The notes beneath the pieces are model-generated. The model worked only from the letters and a program-made list of their open reading frames with translations. It was not told the DNA's origin and ran no database searches. A stretch of 64,000 bases of DNA from an uncultured delta proteobacterium (GTDB lineage Bacteria; Desulfobacterota; Binatia; UBA9968): the NCBI GenBank assembly GCA_963760795.1, contig CAVXEP010000032.1:352001-416000 (forward strand), in the 5' to 3' direction. Positions 23,529 to 33,629 of this stretch are shown here, piece after piece. A program made the translations under genes and the position numbers. Positions within the stretch are counted from its first letter, which is position 1; each line of letters opens with the position of its first letter.

Positions 23529-24272
23529 GTGAGGTTGGGCGGTCGTGTAGCCATCGTTACCGGCGGTGCGCGCCATATCGGCGCGGCATACTGCCGGCGC
23601 TTGGCGCAAGAAGGTGCCGCGGTCGTCATCGCCGATATTCTTGACGGCGAAGCGGTCGCGAGTGAGATTCGTTCGAAGGGCGGCAGCGCCCTGGCGCTTA
23701 AGGTCGATGTATCGAAGGAAGAAGATACCAACCGCATGGCAAGCGAAGCCGTGAAAGCATTCGGCCGTATCGATATTCTGGTCAACAACGCCGCCATCTT
23801 CATCAACATCCAGCGCCATCCGTTTTACGAAATTAGCGGCGACGAGTGGGACAAAGTCTCGGCGGTCAACATCAAGGGACCGTTTCTTTGCGCCAAGGCG
23901 GTCTTTCCACAGATGAAGGAGCAGAAGAGCGGCAAGATCGTCAACATCTCGTCTTCGACCGCCTACTGGGGCACGCCGAATTTCTTGCACTATGTCGCGT
24001 CAAAGGCCGCGCTCATCGGCATGACCCGCTCGTTGGCCCGAGAAGTCGGCGAGTTCGGTATCTGCGTGAACGCCATCGCTCCGGGTTTGGTCGAGCACGA
24101 AGGTCAGAACGCGCCCAAGGCACTAACCGAACTGCAATTGAAAGAGCGCTCGATCAAGCGGCTGCAAACGCCGGATGATCTGATGGGCACGCTGGTGTTT
24201 CTCTGCTCGTCCGACAGCGACTTCATGACCGGGCAGGCGATTGTCGTGGATGGGGGAAGCGTTTTTCATTGA
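23529..24272 (+). CDS. short-chain dehydrogenase/reductase
   Basis: TGGARHIG, NNAA, YVASK. Confidence 0.92.
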   Translation: MRLGGRVAIVTGGARHIGAAYCRRLAQEGAAVVIADILDGEAVASEIRSKGGSALALKVDVSKEEDTNRMASEAVKAFGRIDILVNNAAIFINIQRHPFYEISGDEWDKVSAVNIKGPFLCAKAVFPQMKEQKSGKIVNISSSTAYWGTPNFLHYVASKAALIGMTRSLAREVGEFGICVNAIAPGLVEHEGQNAPKALTELQLKERSIKRLQTPDDLMGTLVFLCSSDSDFMTGQAIVVDGGSVFH

Positions 24273-24569
24273 CGGCTGGTTCTCTCGTTCACTAAGGCCC
24301 AACGACATTTCGCTGACTGGAGCTATATCGCCGCACCGGCGAGTAGCTAATCGCACGAGTGTTTAACCCGGATTCCGCCGTAGGAAGTCTGCGAGAAGTT
24401 CGAACTAAAATAGCGCTTATCATCCAACAACTTGTTCCGTGGGACTCTACCTGGGCCGCAGTTGAAATCGGTAAAACCCCTCATAATGTCACTGTGCTGA
24501 AAGACGCAACCTAGAATCACTTTTTTCGTCTGTCGAAATTTTTCATAGCTAACTGCGTAATTAATCGTT

Positions 24570-24750
24570 GTAAACCCCGGCTTTGCCGGGGACTCCCAGA
24601 GTTTGACATTGCAGTGAGGCAAGACGCACTTGAAAGCGAATGAGAGCTTGAGAATTCATGATGTTCAAGTATTGTCTTTAACCCGTTTGCGAAAAGCCCC
24701 TTTGAGGGGCCAGTAAACGGCAAGCCTCCGGCTTTGCCAGAGGTCATGAC
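24570..24750 (+). mobile_element. non-autonomous IS200/IS605-type remnant
   Basis: near-identical hairpins CCCCGGC-TTT-GCCGGGG (24575-24591) and CCTCCGGC-TTT-GCCAGAGG (24725-24743); no intact transposase between them. Confidence 0.6.
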
Positions 24751-24859
24751 TCGGGTTTAGTGAAAATCGCGCCGTTGCAGGGACTCTTCGGGCTCCGCTT
24801 CGGCCCGAGGTGGGTGATGTCGACGCAGTTCGACCTCTTGCGCGAGAACCCCAGCGAAT

Positions 24860-25115
24860 GCTACGAGAGGAAGACAATCGGCGGTGAAATCATTGTGGCG
24901 GACAAAAGGGGCGTGTGTCGACCAGGGGTAGGTTTATTATCATGGGTGATGCCGACGATAGTTACGACTTTCTCGAAATTCCCAAACGTTTCGAGCGCCT
25001 ATCCACGAAGTTTATTGTGGGCTCCGTGGCTTCACAAGGTCCCTTTACAATCGTCTCCACCTCGTTTGCCCCGGGATCGAGTTTGCAATCGAGATGATTA
25101 TCAAGGCGTGCCTTT
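24860..25115 (+). pseudogene. collapsed GT2 glycosyltransferase remnant
   Basis: blocks GEIIVAD, IIMGDADDSYDFLEIP, YCGLRGFT, EFAIEMII match the GT2 at 26119-27333. Confidence 0.75.
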
Positions 25116-25420
25116 GGGGCGAGACTCCTGGGGCGAGACTATTACCGACTCGGGTGCTCAAGTTGTTTGCGCTGATCCGCGCTCCAGCGGCCCGCCGCAT
25201 GGAAAACTGAAACCGTGCGCGTTGGCGCAAAGACCCGGCGTGGAGGGCTTGTCTGTGCTCGGCACGCTTTGCAAGCTCAGCACCTTCAGCACCGCTCGTG
25301 GCCCCAGGGCGATGCGGTAGGTGCACGAGGCTGCGAGCAAAAGCGTGAGCGAGCGATCCTTATCCACTTCGGCGAGGTAGGTCATGCCTGGGCAAAGATC
25401 AGGTCGAATTGCGAGATACA

Positions 25421-26110
25421 TCAGATGGGTTTTTGCGCCAACACTAAATACTGCGCTCCGAGCGGAAGCCAGGAGACATAGGCTTCGCTCCAACGGAGGG
25501 CACTCAGCACTTTGGGGAAGATGAACAAGTAGTCAGTTCGAAGAATTCGAAATCCTCTCGCTCGCAGCAATGCCCGCGTTGCTGAGGAGCTTAAGGTAAT
25601 CGCATCCCGGTCAAAGGGAATACGACTCATCACGTACCGAGTACCGGGGTTCCAGGGATTATTCTCCCAAAGAGCAAACATTCCTCCGGCCTTGAGCGAT
25701 TGGTAAACATGGTCCACGGCGCCCGCTCGCTCTGCCAAGGGGATATGATGGAACACCCCGTTGGAAAAGACCAAATCCACTGTACCGTCAGGATGGTGTT
25801 GTTCTATCGACAGAAATCGAGTGTGCTCGTTCGCATATTGGCGACGAGCTTTTTCGAGGAGTCCAACTGACTGGTCAATACCAAAATAAGATTGAACACC
25901 CGGTATACTCCTCAAGATCGGCGCACTGGACCCTATTCCGCAGCCAAAATCCAGAATCACCTTCGTGCTAACTTGCATAACCTGCAATCGCCTGATGAGC
26001 CATGCTACCCGGCCTCGTGCGAAATAGTCCTTGTCTTCACCCGAAACCGAGAGTCCCTCAGCTAATGCGGCATCGTAGTCATCCGCGTACTTGTCAAAGT
26101 GAGGTGACAT
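25421..26110 (-). CDS. class I SAM-dependent methyltransferase
   Basis: ILDFGCGIG, VFHHIP, ENNPWNP. Confidence 0.88.
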   Translation of the reverse strand: MSPHFDKYADDYDAALAEGLSVSGEDKDYFARGRVAWLIRRLQVMQVSTKVILDFGCGIGSSAPILRSIPGVQSYFGIDQSVGLLEKARRQYANEHTRFLSIEQHHPDGTVDLVFSNGVFHHIPLAERAGAVDHVYQSLKAGGMFALWENNPWNPGTRYVMSRIPFDRDAITLSSSATRALLRARGFRILRTDYLFIFPKVLSALRWSEAYVSWLPLGAQYLVLAQKPI

Positions 26111-26118
26111 TTTCTCCA

Positions 26119-27333
26119 CTAGCGTCGGTGGATTCCCAAAAGACAGGCAAGAAAACTCGACAGGACAGTCTGAAATCCCAGGGCGGTCAGCGTCGCTCCC
26201 GGGATCACTAGTCTCATCGTGTGCGCATAATCGAGTGCGCCAAAACCTGTGGAATACCACCTATGGACTGCCGTTGTAAGCAAGACGCCTCCTATCAGGA
26301 GTGCACAGGCCCCTGCAATGAGCCCACGTTCAAGAGTCACTATTTGATAAAAGCGCGTCATGAATGGGTCTTCTGGAAGCAGCCTTTCACTAATCGCGAA
26401 AGTTTTTGCAAACACGGCAAACAAGATCGATTGATAACCCATTATTAGTGCCAGACTTGCAAAGAGAAGAGTATGCGCATCTAGAGTGACACCCATAAGA
26501 ACCAAGCCAGGCAATGCCAGCGCATAGCAAATAAGCCCAAAAAGAATCAAGAAACCACCCGGAATCAGGAAGAGCCAACGAGGACTGTACAACAAGAAGA
26601 ATCGAAGCGTCCTCCAGCCATCTCGAAATGTCTTGAGATGTGGTGCATGAGATTTTCGCCCGTCAGGGTGGAGCGTAATCGGCACCTCGGCAATGTTTTT
26701 CCGTCGAAGACTGGCATTGATGATCATCTCTGTTGCGAATTCCATTCCGGTGCAGCGCTGATTGAGATCATGATGTAGGCTCTTCGTAAATCCCCTAAGG
26801 CCACAGTAGACGTCATGAATTGGCGCATGAAACATCCGTTGGGCCATCTTCGAAAACATTGGATTGCCCAGCCATCGATGCAGAAAGGGCATGGCACCGG
26901 GAAGGATGCGCCCCCCTCCTGAAGGAAGCCGACATCCCTGGACCAGGTCAAAACCTTCTCTCAGTTTTGTGACAAATCGCGGCACCTCCAAGAAGTCGTA
27001 GCTGTCGTCCGCGTCGCCCATGATGACATACTTGCCGCATGCCGCATCAATGCCGCCCATCAGAGCGTTGCCATATCCCTTGGCCCGTACAGATATCACA
27101 CGTGCACCCATGCGTTCACCAATTGCTTGTGACCCATCGCTACTTCCATTGTCAGCGACTATGACCTCTCCAGAAATCCGGTGCTCTTGCAGTGCTCGGT
27201 GTGCTTTCTCAATGCACATCGCTAAGGTATCCGCCTCGTTGAGGCAAGGCATGACGATCGACACTTCCAGCGGCAATTCGTTTGAGGTCGCTACACGATT
27301 CTCTCGACTATGCCCTTGCTGCGCTACCTCCAT
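26119..27333 (-). CDS. GT2 glycosyltransferase (Dol-P-Man synthase-like) with C-terminal membrane domain
   Basis: VMPCLNE, DNGSSDGS, GDADDSY, RDGWR. Confidence 0.92.
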   Translation of the reverse strand: MEVAQQGHSRENRVATSNELPLEVSIVMPCLNEADTLAMCIEKAHRALQEHRISGEVIVADNGSSDGSQAIGERMGARVISVRAKGYGNALMGGIDAACGKYVIMGDADDSYDFLEVPRFVTKLREGFDLVQGCRLPSGGGRILPGAMPFLHRWLGNPMFSKMAQRMFHAPIHDVYCGLRGFTKSLHHDLNQRCTGMEFATEMIINASLRRKNIAEVPITLHPDGRKSHAPHLKTFRDGWRTLRFFLLYSPRWLFLIPGGFLILFGLICYALALPGLVLMGVTLDAHTLLFASLALIMGYQSILFAVFAKTFAISERLLPEDPFMTRFYQIVTLERGLIAGACALLIGGVLLTTAVHRWYSTGFGALDYAHTMRLVIPGATLTALGFQTVLSSFLACLLGIHRR

Positions 27334-27406
27334 AATGATCCCCCAGTTGTCATGGACTTGGCTTCACGCGGCCCCCAACACACCGCTCAACAAATCGTTT
27401 AAGTCT

Positions 27407-27850
27407 ATAGGAAATTTAAACACCCTCATTCTCTGACGGGAGCTATAGCGCCGCACCGGCGAGTAGTCAATCGCACGAATGTTTGGTAAAAATCGCGCTG
27501 TTGCAGGGGGAATCTTCGGATCGCGCTTCGGCCTGAGTTCGCGGATGTCGACGCTGTCTGACTGCCTGCGCGAGTGCCGATCGAGCCGGATCGTCGGCCA
27601 TTTTGCAGAACCGATCCTGGCTTGAGGATCACACCGCTTGGAATAGATCGACTCGCCGTTGGGGGGCACGCGGCGGGTGCGCTTAGGCAGCCCCAGATGG
27701 GCGAGGAATCTGACAATCACTGGCGGATCCTCGATGGCGGCGATGATCTTCAAGGTGCCGCCGCAGATCGGGCAGTTTTCGATGTGGAAGACCCGTTTGA
27801 GCAGCCTGGCCCAACTCATGCGCGCCGGCGTGCCCTGCGCGTGATCGGTT
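27407..27850 (-). mobile_element. IS91/ISCR remnant: transposase C-terminus plus oriIS (copy 2)
   Basis: MSWARLLKRVF..CPICGGTLKIIAAIEDP; GTTTAAATTTCCTAT on the minus strand resembles the oriIS consensus. Confidence 0.85.
27442..27470 (-). promoter_or_regulatory. outward promoter in IS91 end, facing the GT2 gene
   Basis: TTGACT-N17-TATAGC on the minus strand. Confidence 0.6.
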
Positions 27851-27889
27851 AAGTTGCTCGGTTGTAGGTTTTGCCGGAATCGGTAACGC

Positions 27890-29405
27890 TCAAAGCGAAG
27901 GTGTGGGAACAGAGGAGGGTTTGGTGGTTGCCTGGCTCCTCCGGATATAAAGCAGATAGTCTGGGGGGAAGTCGACTTTCATGTATTCCGTTCTTGCCAA
28001 ATCGGAAGACAAAGCTTCCGCTTTCTCTTTCCGGATGAGGATTACGTCACCCCAATTGCGCTGTGCGGCTCCAACAGGCACGAGTAATGAAAGATTTTTC
28101 AAATGGAAGCCGTTGTCCAGAACCATGAAGGTCAAATCGGGTACGTCAACCGTCACGGAAAACTTTCCTTGAAGCCCGGCCCTGTGAACGACCTCGGCGA
28201 GCCCTTTGAGACTCCGCCAGTTTATCAGCCCCAACCCATCAGCATTCGTTTCATAATGTCCCCGCAGCAGCCCTCCTTCATACCAGAGCCACGTCAGGAG
28301 TGCCAAACAGGCGACCACACTGGCTGCCCTCTTCCGGCGACCCACAATCGCAGCGAAGGCGCGGAAATCACAAAACGCGGCAAAGACCGGAAGTATCAAA
28401 GTAATCTCGAGGACCTTGCTCGCAAAAACGTATGACACGCCATACCAAAACGCCCCGACTGGATAGAGTCAGACTCGCAAGTGGCACTAGGACGAGACAC
28501 CTAAGGCTGCTGCGCTTGCGAATGATCTCGGCCAGACCGAGCAAGGCCGGTAAGATAAGAAGAATCGATGCTGTCTCACGCACTGCTCCGTGATAAGCAC
28601 GAAAGTATGGGCCCAACACGTGAAAGGATCCCTTGTAATGAGAAATCATTTGGTGGTTGAGGGGATCACCAGTGTAGTCGGCATAGACGGTTTGTCGCAA
28701 GTACAACTCTTTGCTCGGGTATGCTAGGTAACTGCCGTAAAGGGTGTGGACCGACGCGAGGAACAGGAAGGCACCACAGGTAATGACGTTCCTATTTCCT
28801 TGAATCAGTTCCCGCAGCAACAGCACCCCGAGCACGATTTCAGCGCCGGGACGAAAAAAGCTGGAAATCATCAGCAGAAACGCCCCAGCTTCTTGCCGGC
28901 GTTGATGGCAAAAAACATATAGTCCAAGCATGAGAAATGGCACGGAAAATCCTGGATTGTCCGCGCTTACTACGATCGTGTTCCATCCAACATTCGCAAC
29001 TAGGAGCAGCCATGCCACGAACCATGACCCACCCTCGTCCCGGGTCCACGCGCACAACAATACGACCATCCAAGCATTCAGGAGGATCGCTGCGATGCTT
29101 AGCGCGTGAAAGCTACCAAAGATGAGGTAAAACGAGCCGAATACAAGGATTGAGAGTAGTTTCGGTTGGGCTCCGCTGTCGACCGAACCGTAGATATCCG
29201 GATTCAGCAGCTTTATCAGCTGCGCGGCGGAAATAAAGCTGTCTCCATCCCAGCCGAAGCCGCGCTGGAACTGGAACACGAGTAGGCAGGCAACCGTTCC
29301 GGCCCATACGACGGCTGTATTCATTCCAGAGGCATCTTTCCACCACAGAAATGTTCCGCGCTCTTGCCTGGATGCCGTCTGGAAATCTCGCACCGATACC
29401 ACCAT
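27890..29405 (-). CDS. polytopic membrane protein (GT-C-like; frameshift ~28450)
   Basis: ORFs 28368..29405 and 27890..28438, many hydrophobic helices. Confidence 0.6.
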
Positions 29406-29478
29406 TCAAGTAAATAAGGATTCTCTGATCAATACCCGACTCATACGAGAATTGTTGCACGAATCCACTACGTCCTAC

Positions 29479-29547
29479 TTTAAACACCCATTTTTCTGAC
29501 GGGAGCTTTATTTCCGAACCGGCTAACTGTCAAGCACACGAGTGTTT
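29479..29547 (-). mobile_element. IS91 end remnant (copy 3) with promoter
   Basis: TTTAAACACCC..CTGACGGGAGCT..GTCAA..CACGAGTGTTT homologous to 27414-27485; TTGACA-N17-TAAAGC at 29505-29533 (minus). Confidence 0.7.
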
Positions 29548-29629
29548 CCATGATCCGTTGATAAACAGCAGCACATCTACCCCACAGCCGGCGCAGAGCC
29601 CAATCAGCGGGCGCTAGCGGGGCGACGCA

Positions 29630-30231
29630 ACCTCTCTGCTAACTGCCGAAGGCACTATGACGAGTGTGACATAGTTGCCACCGCGATTAACTGGTGCAGT
29701 ACAAACATCACCCCCAAATATCCCAATTTTCGTTTTATACACGCCGACGTGTACAATACACACTACAACCCGCAAGGAAAATACCAGGCATCTGAGTACA
29801 GATTCCCGCATAAAGACGAGACCTTTGATTTTGTGCAACTCGGGTCTCTTTTTACACATCTCGTCCCCGAAAGCCTGGACCACTACCTAGCCGAGATCGC
29901 GCGGGTCTTGAAGCCCAATGGGATATCCATGATTACTTACTATCTGTTAACTCCTACGTCGCTAAGAGGCATTGAGGCGGGATGGGCCACTAACAAATTC
30001 CCCTTCGCATATGGTTCTGAAGTATGTCGCGTGGCGAACAAGGATGACCCTGAACACGTTGTTGCTTATGATGAAAATTTTATTAGGAGCATTTATCTGA
30101 AACACGGACTACATGTGGAAGAGCCTATTGTTCATGGTAAATGGTGGTGGGGAGATGCGGGCGATCAAGATATGATAAAAGGCGTGAAAGAAAGAAACCG
30201 TTCAACCCTTATTGATTCGAACCAACGCTAG
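29630..30231 (+). pseudogene. 5'-truncated class I methyltransferase
   Basis: FIHADVYNTHYNP, FDFV..SLFTHL, EIARVLKPNG; motif I missing. Confidence 0.7.
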
Positions 30232-30489
30232 ACTCGGGGGAACGGATCTTTTGTCTTCAGGTGAGTCGGCCGCTCATGAACCACCAATACATACTGCTTT
30301 TTGAACCCAACGCTTAGCGAAGCTGCGTCACCGCCAGGATTTGCAAACAAAAGCAAACAAAAGAGAGACAACTCTTTATCTTTGACATTCATTTTCCGTC
30401 GCCAACCGATTCTACCCGAGAACTTCAAAAGTAAAAATTTGACTGCTTTACGCTGACCCTTCTCTGCTCATCCAAAGCGTTAAGCAATC

Positions 30490-31320
30490 TTAAAACTGCC
30501 GCGATGATTCGGCAAGTTCATTTACGAAGTGCTCCGTGCCAAATGGACTTCTATTGGTGCGAGGCTTGCCGGTCATGGGGACAAATCGCACGGGAAGCGT
30601 CCTTAGCGTCTCCATCCCCGTCGCGGTGCGCCGAAGGATGAGCAGTTCCTGAACGCCGGTGCCGACCGGGATCGCCATCAAGCCGCCGACCTTTAGTTGT
30701 TGCACCAGGGCCGCCGGCACTTCGTCCGGCGCCGCCGTCACCATGATGCGGTCGTACGGCGCATGTTCAGGCCAGCCGAGGTAGCCGTTGCCGGTGCGGA
30801 TGTTGATGTTGCGATAGCCGAGGCTCGTGAGTATCTGACGCGCCCGCTCCGCCAACGGCGCGACGATCTCGATGGTGTACACTTGCTTCGCCAGTGCGCC
30901 GAGCACTGCCGCCTGATAGCCGGATCCAGTGCCGATCTCAAGCACGCGATGACCGGGCTCGATGTCCAGCTCCTGAGTCATGAAGGCAACGATATAGGGT
31001 TGGGAGATCGTCTGACCATGGCCGATTGGCAGGGGAGTGTCGCTGTAAGCGCGGTTCCGTTCGGGTTCCGGAACGAACAGATGGCGCGGCACAGTGCGCA
31101 TAACGTCGAGCACCCGCGCCTGGCGGATGTCGCGCGCGCGAAGTTGCACTTCCACCATGCGCCGGCGCTCCGTGTTCCAGTCCCGCGAACCGAGCAGGGC
31201 CTCGCTGCCAGCGCAACTGGCGACGATAACCAGGTTGGCTAGGAAGAGCGTGGCGCGCCAGGCAAAATTGCGCGCGGCGATTACATCGGTTCGGCGCATC
31301 TTACTTTTAAAAATTAGCAT
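30490..31320 (-). CDS. pcm: protein-L-isoaspartate O-methyltransferase
   Basis: GQTISQP, VLEIGTGSGYQ, APYDRI, VRFVPM. Confidence 0.93.
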   Translation of the reverse strand: MLIFKSKMRRTDVIAARNFAWRATLFLANLVIVASCAGSEALLGSRDWNTERRRMVEVQLRARDIRQARVLDVMRTVPRHLFVPEPERNRAYSDTPLPIGHGQTISQPYIVAFMTQELDIEPGHRVLEIGTGSGYQAAVLGALAKQVYTIEIVAPLAERARQILTSLGYRNINIRTGNGYLGWPEHAPYDRIMVTAAPDEVPAALVQQLKVGGLMAIPVGTGVQELLILRRTATGMETLRTLPVRFVPMTGKPRTNRSPFGTEHFVNELAESSRQF

Positions 31321-31474
31321 GCCATCAGGTTCCTGTGATTGAAAGTAGCACGTTTAGAGCCGTTACCAGGCCACAGCGGAATGGCGAAGGTGCCGGAGTC
31401 GTTGAGCGTAGACTAGCTGCGTGAGCAATTGGGCAAGAACCGGCGGACGGCGAAAGCCCGCGCTCCTTATTACT

Positions 31475-32731
31475 TCAGCAACATGGCAACGGATTCTCGA
31501 TCAAGTTGTAGACATGATCGAAATTCACGTCGTTGATGCGCGCGAGGATTTTGAAGGTGCGCGGCGGTTCGTTTTTTAGGAAAACCATCAGGGCGGTTTC
31601 CACCGGTGGGCAGCCGGCTTTGACGCAGGGGACTTCTTTGACGACGATCGGCAGGTCGGCAGGAAATTCCAGAATGGTTTGCACCCAATAGCGAATTTGA
31701 TCGAGGGTGAATTTAGAAACATCTTGCTTTTTGCCGTAGGGATCGACGTCATCGGACGAGGCGTATTCGCCGTCGGTGGTAATGCAGTTCATGAAGCCTT
31801 GGGTGATTTTTTCTTTATTCAAATTGCGGCCGATGAAGACCAATCGATTGATCCGCTCTTCGGTTTCCGCCCAGGCCCTTCCAGGGCGGCCTTCGAACAG
31901 CAAGTGGACGCCCTGGAAGACGAATTGATCGGGGTCTTTGCGTAGATTAAGAATTCCCTTCATGCGCATGATCCGTTCGCCGAATTCACCGATCAGCTCG
32001 CGGAACCATTGGCTGATCTTGACGCCGTCGAGATCGCCGGCGGTTTCGATGGCGACGGTCTCGATATCTTCGGTGTGCGCATGGTTGTGGTCGTGCTTGG
32101 TAGCTTTGATTTCGAGATCGAGGGCGCGCAGGTCGAGGATCATGCCGATGTCGATGTCGGAATTTCTCGTCTGGCAGACACGCGCGGCGCCGTTGAGATT
32201 TCTCAGCTTGAATTCCAGCTCCGGCAGATCTTCCGGATTGATCAGATCGATCTTGTTGAGCAGCACCATGTCGGCGAAGGCGATCTGTTCTTTGGCTTCC
32301 GGTGAACTGCTCAGTTGCTGCAAGATATGTTTGGCGTCAACCACCGTCACGACACCGTTCAAGGCATATTCATTCTTGATTCGTTCGTCGATGAAGAAGC
32401 TTTGGACCACCGGCGCCGGATCGGCCAATCCCGTGGTCTCGATCATCAGAGTGTCGAACTTTTCCCGGTGTTCGAGCAGTTGAAACAGGCTACGCAGCAA
32501 ATCGCCGCGTACGCTGCAGCAGATGCAGCCGTTGCTCATTTCGACCACTTCCTGGTCCGACGAGATCAACAGATGGTGATCGATGCCGACTGCGCCAAAC
32601 TCGTTGACAATGACGGCGACACGCCGGCCATGGTCGGCGGTCAGGATGCGATTGAGTAGCGTGGTTTTGCCGGCGCCGAGAAATCCCGTTAAAACGGTTA
32701 CCGGTATGCGTCGATCGTTGCTTACTGCCAT
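31475..32731 (-). CDS. COG0523/CobW GTPase metallochaperone with extra C-terminal domain
   Basis: GFLGAGKTT, GCICC, ETTGLADP, NKID, His-rich linker. Confidence 0.9.
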   Translation of the reverse strand: MAVSNDRRIPVTVLTGFLGAGKTTLLNRILTADHGRRVAVIVNEFGAVGIDHHLLISSDQEVVEMSNGCICCSVRGDLLRSLFQLLEHREKFDTLMIETTGLADPAPVVQSFFIDERIKNEYALNGVVTVVDAKHILQQLSSSPEAKEQIAFADMVLLNKIDLINPEDLPELEFKLRNLNGAARVCQTRNSDIDIGMILDLRALDLEIKATKHDHNHAHTEDIETVAIETAGDLDGVKISQWFRELIGEFGERIMRMKGILNLRKDPDQFVFQGVHLLFEGRPGRAWAETEERINRLVFIGRNLNKEKITQGFMNCITTDGEYASSDDVDPYGKKQDVSKFTLDQIRYWVQTILEFPADLPIVVKEVPCVKAGCPPVETALMVFLKNEPPRTFKILARINDVNFDHVYNLIENPLPCC

Positions 32732-32835
32732 AGTGAAATTTCCTCGTAGTCGGCTGGTTAAAAAATAACAACGGCCGATAGTTGAGTCAACCTTGCAGCA
32801 ATTGTATACCTTGTGCTGTTACGGAGGGTTTGGCG

Positions 32836-33585
32836 ATGAAACTCAAAGGCAAGGTCGCATTCGTTACCGGTTTCGGCTCCGGCTTGGGGCAAGCGATCGC
32901 GATCATGTTCGCCAAGGAGGGCGCGGCGGTTGCCGGCATTTCCAAAACTGAAGCTAAAGGGTTGGAGACCGTCGCGGCGATCGAGAAGGCCGGCGGCAAG
33001 GCGTTATTTCGCGCCGGCGATATCTGCGATTCGGCGCAAATGAAAGCGCTCATCGACGATACCGTCAAGCGGTTCGGCGGCCTCGATATTCTCGTTAACA
33101 GCGCCGGCGTGCGCACCAATGGCAGTATCACTGAGATCACCGAGGATGATTGGGACCGCACTCTGGATACAAATTTAAGGGCCGTGTTTGTCGCCTCGCG
33201 TTTGGCGGTGCCGGAGATGAAAAAGCGCGGCGGCGGCGTGATCCTGCATATCGCGGCGCGCTCCGGCATGCTCGGCCAAGCCGGCCGGGCGGCGTATTGC
33301 GCCTCCAAGGGCGGCATGGTGACGCTCACCGAAGCGATGGCGATGGATCATGCCCAGGACAAGATTCGCGTGAATTGCATTTGCCCCGGCCCGACACGCA
33401 CGCCGATGGTCGATACCTCGACGCCGGAAAAGCTCGCGCGCTACAAAACCAGAGTGCCGATCGGCCGCATCGGTGAGCCTGAGGATGTCGCTTATGCGGC
33501 CGTGTATCTCGCTTCTGACGACGCTTCGATGGTGACGGCGGCGATTTTGCCGGTGGACGGCGGCATGCGGCTGACTGGGTCGTGA
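32836..33585 (+). CDS. short-chain dehydrogenase/reductase
   Basis: TGFGSGLG, NSAG, YCASK. Confidence 0.9.
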   Translation: MKLKGKVAFVTGFGSGLGQAIAIMFAKEGAAVAGISKTEAKGLETVAAIEKAGGKALFRAGDICDSAQMKALIDDTVKRFGGLDILVNSAGVRTNGSITEITEDDWDRTLDTNLRAVFVASRLAVPEMKKRGGGVILHIAARSGMLGQAGRAAYCASKGGMVTLTEAMAMDHAQDKIRVNCICPGPTRTPMVDTSTPEKLARYKTRVPIGRIGEPEDVAYAAVYLASDDASMVTAAILPVDGGMRLTGS

Positions 33586-33629
33586 ACGTAGTGGCTAGTG
33601 ATTTAGGATGCTCATCAAGGACAGTTTGA

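Larger units (their letters stand above)
24306..25390 (-). mobile_element. fragmented IS91/ISCR-like element (copy 1)
   Basis: 25130-25390 encodes AASCTYRIALGPRA..CANAHGFS..DQRKQLEH; 24306-24365 and 24755-24850 align with the IS end at 27430-27575. Confidence 0.75.
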
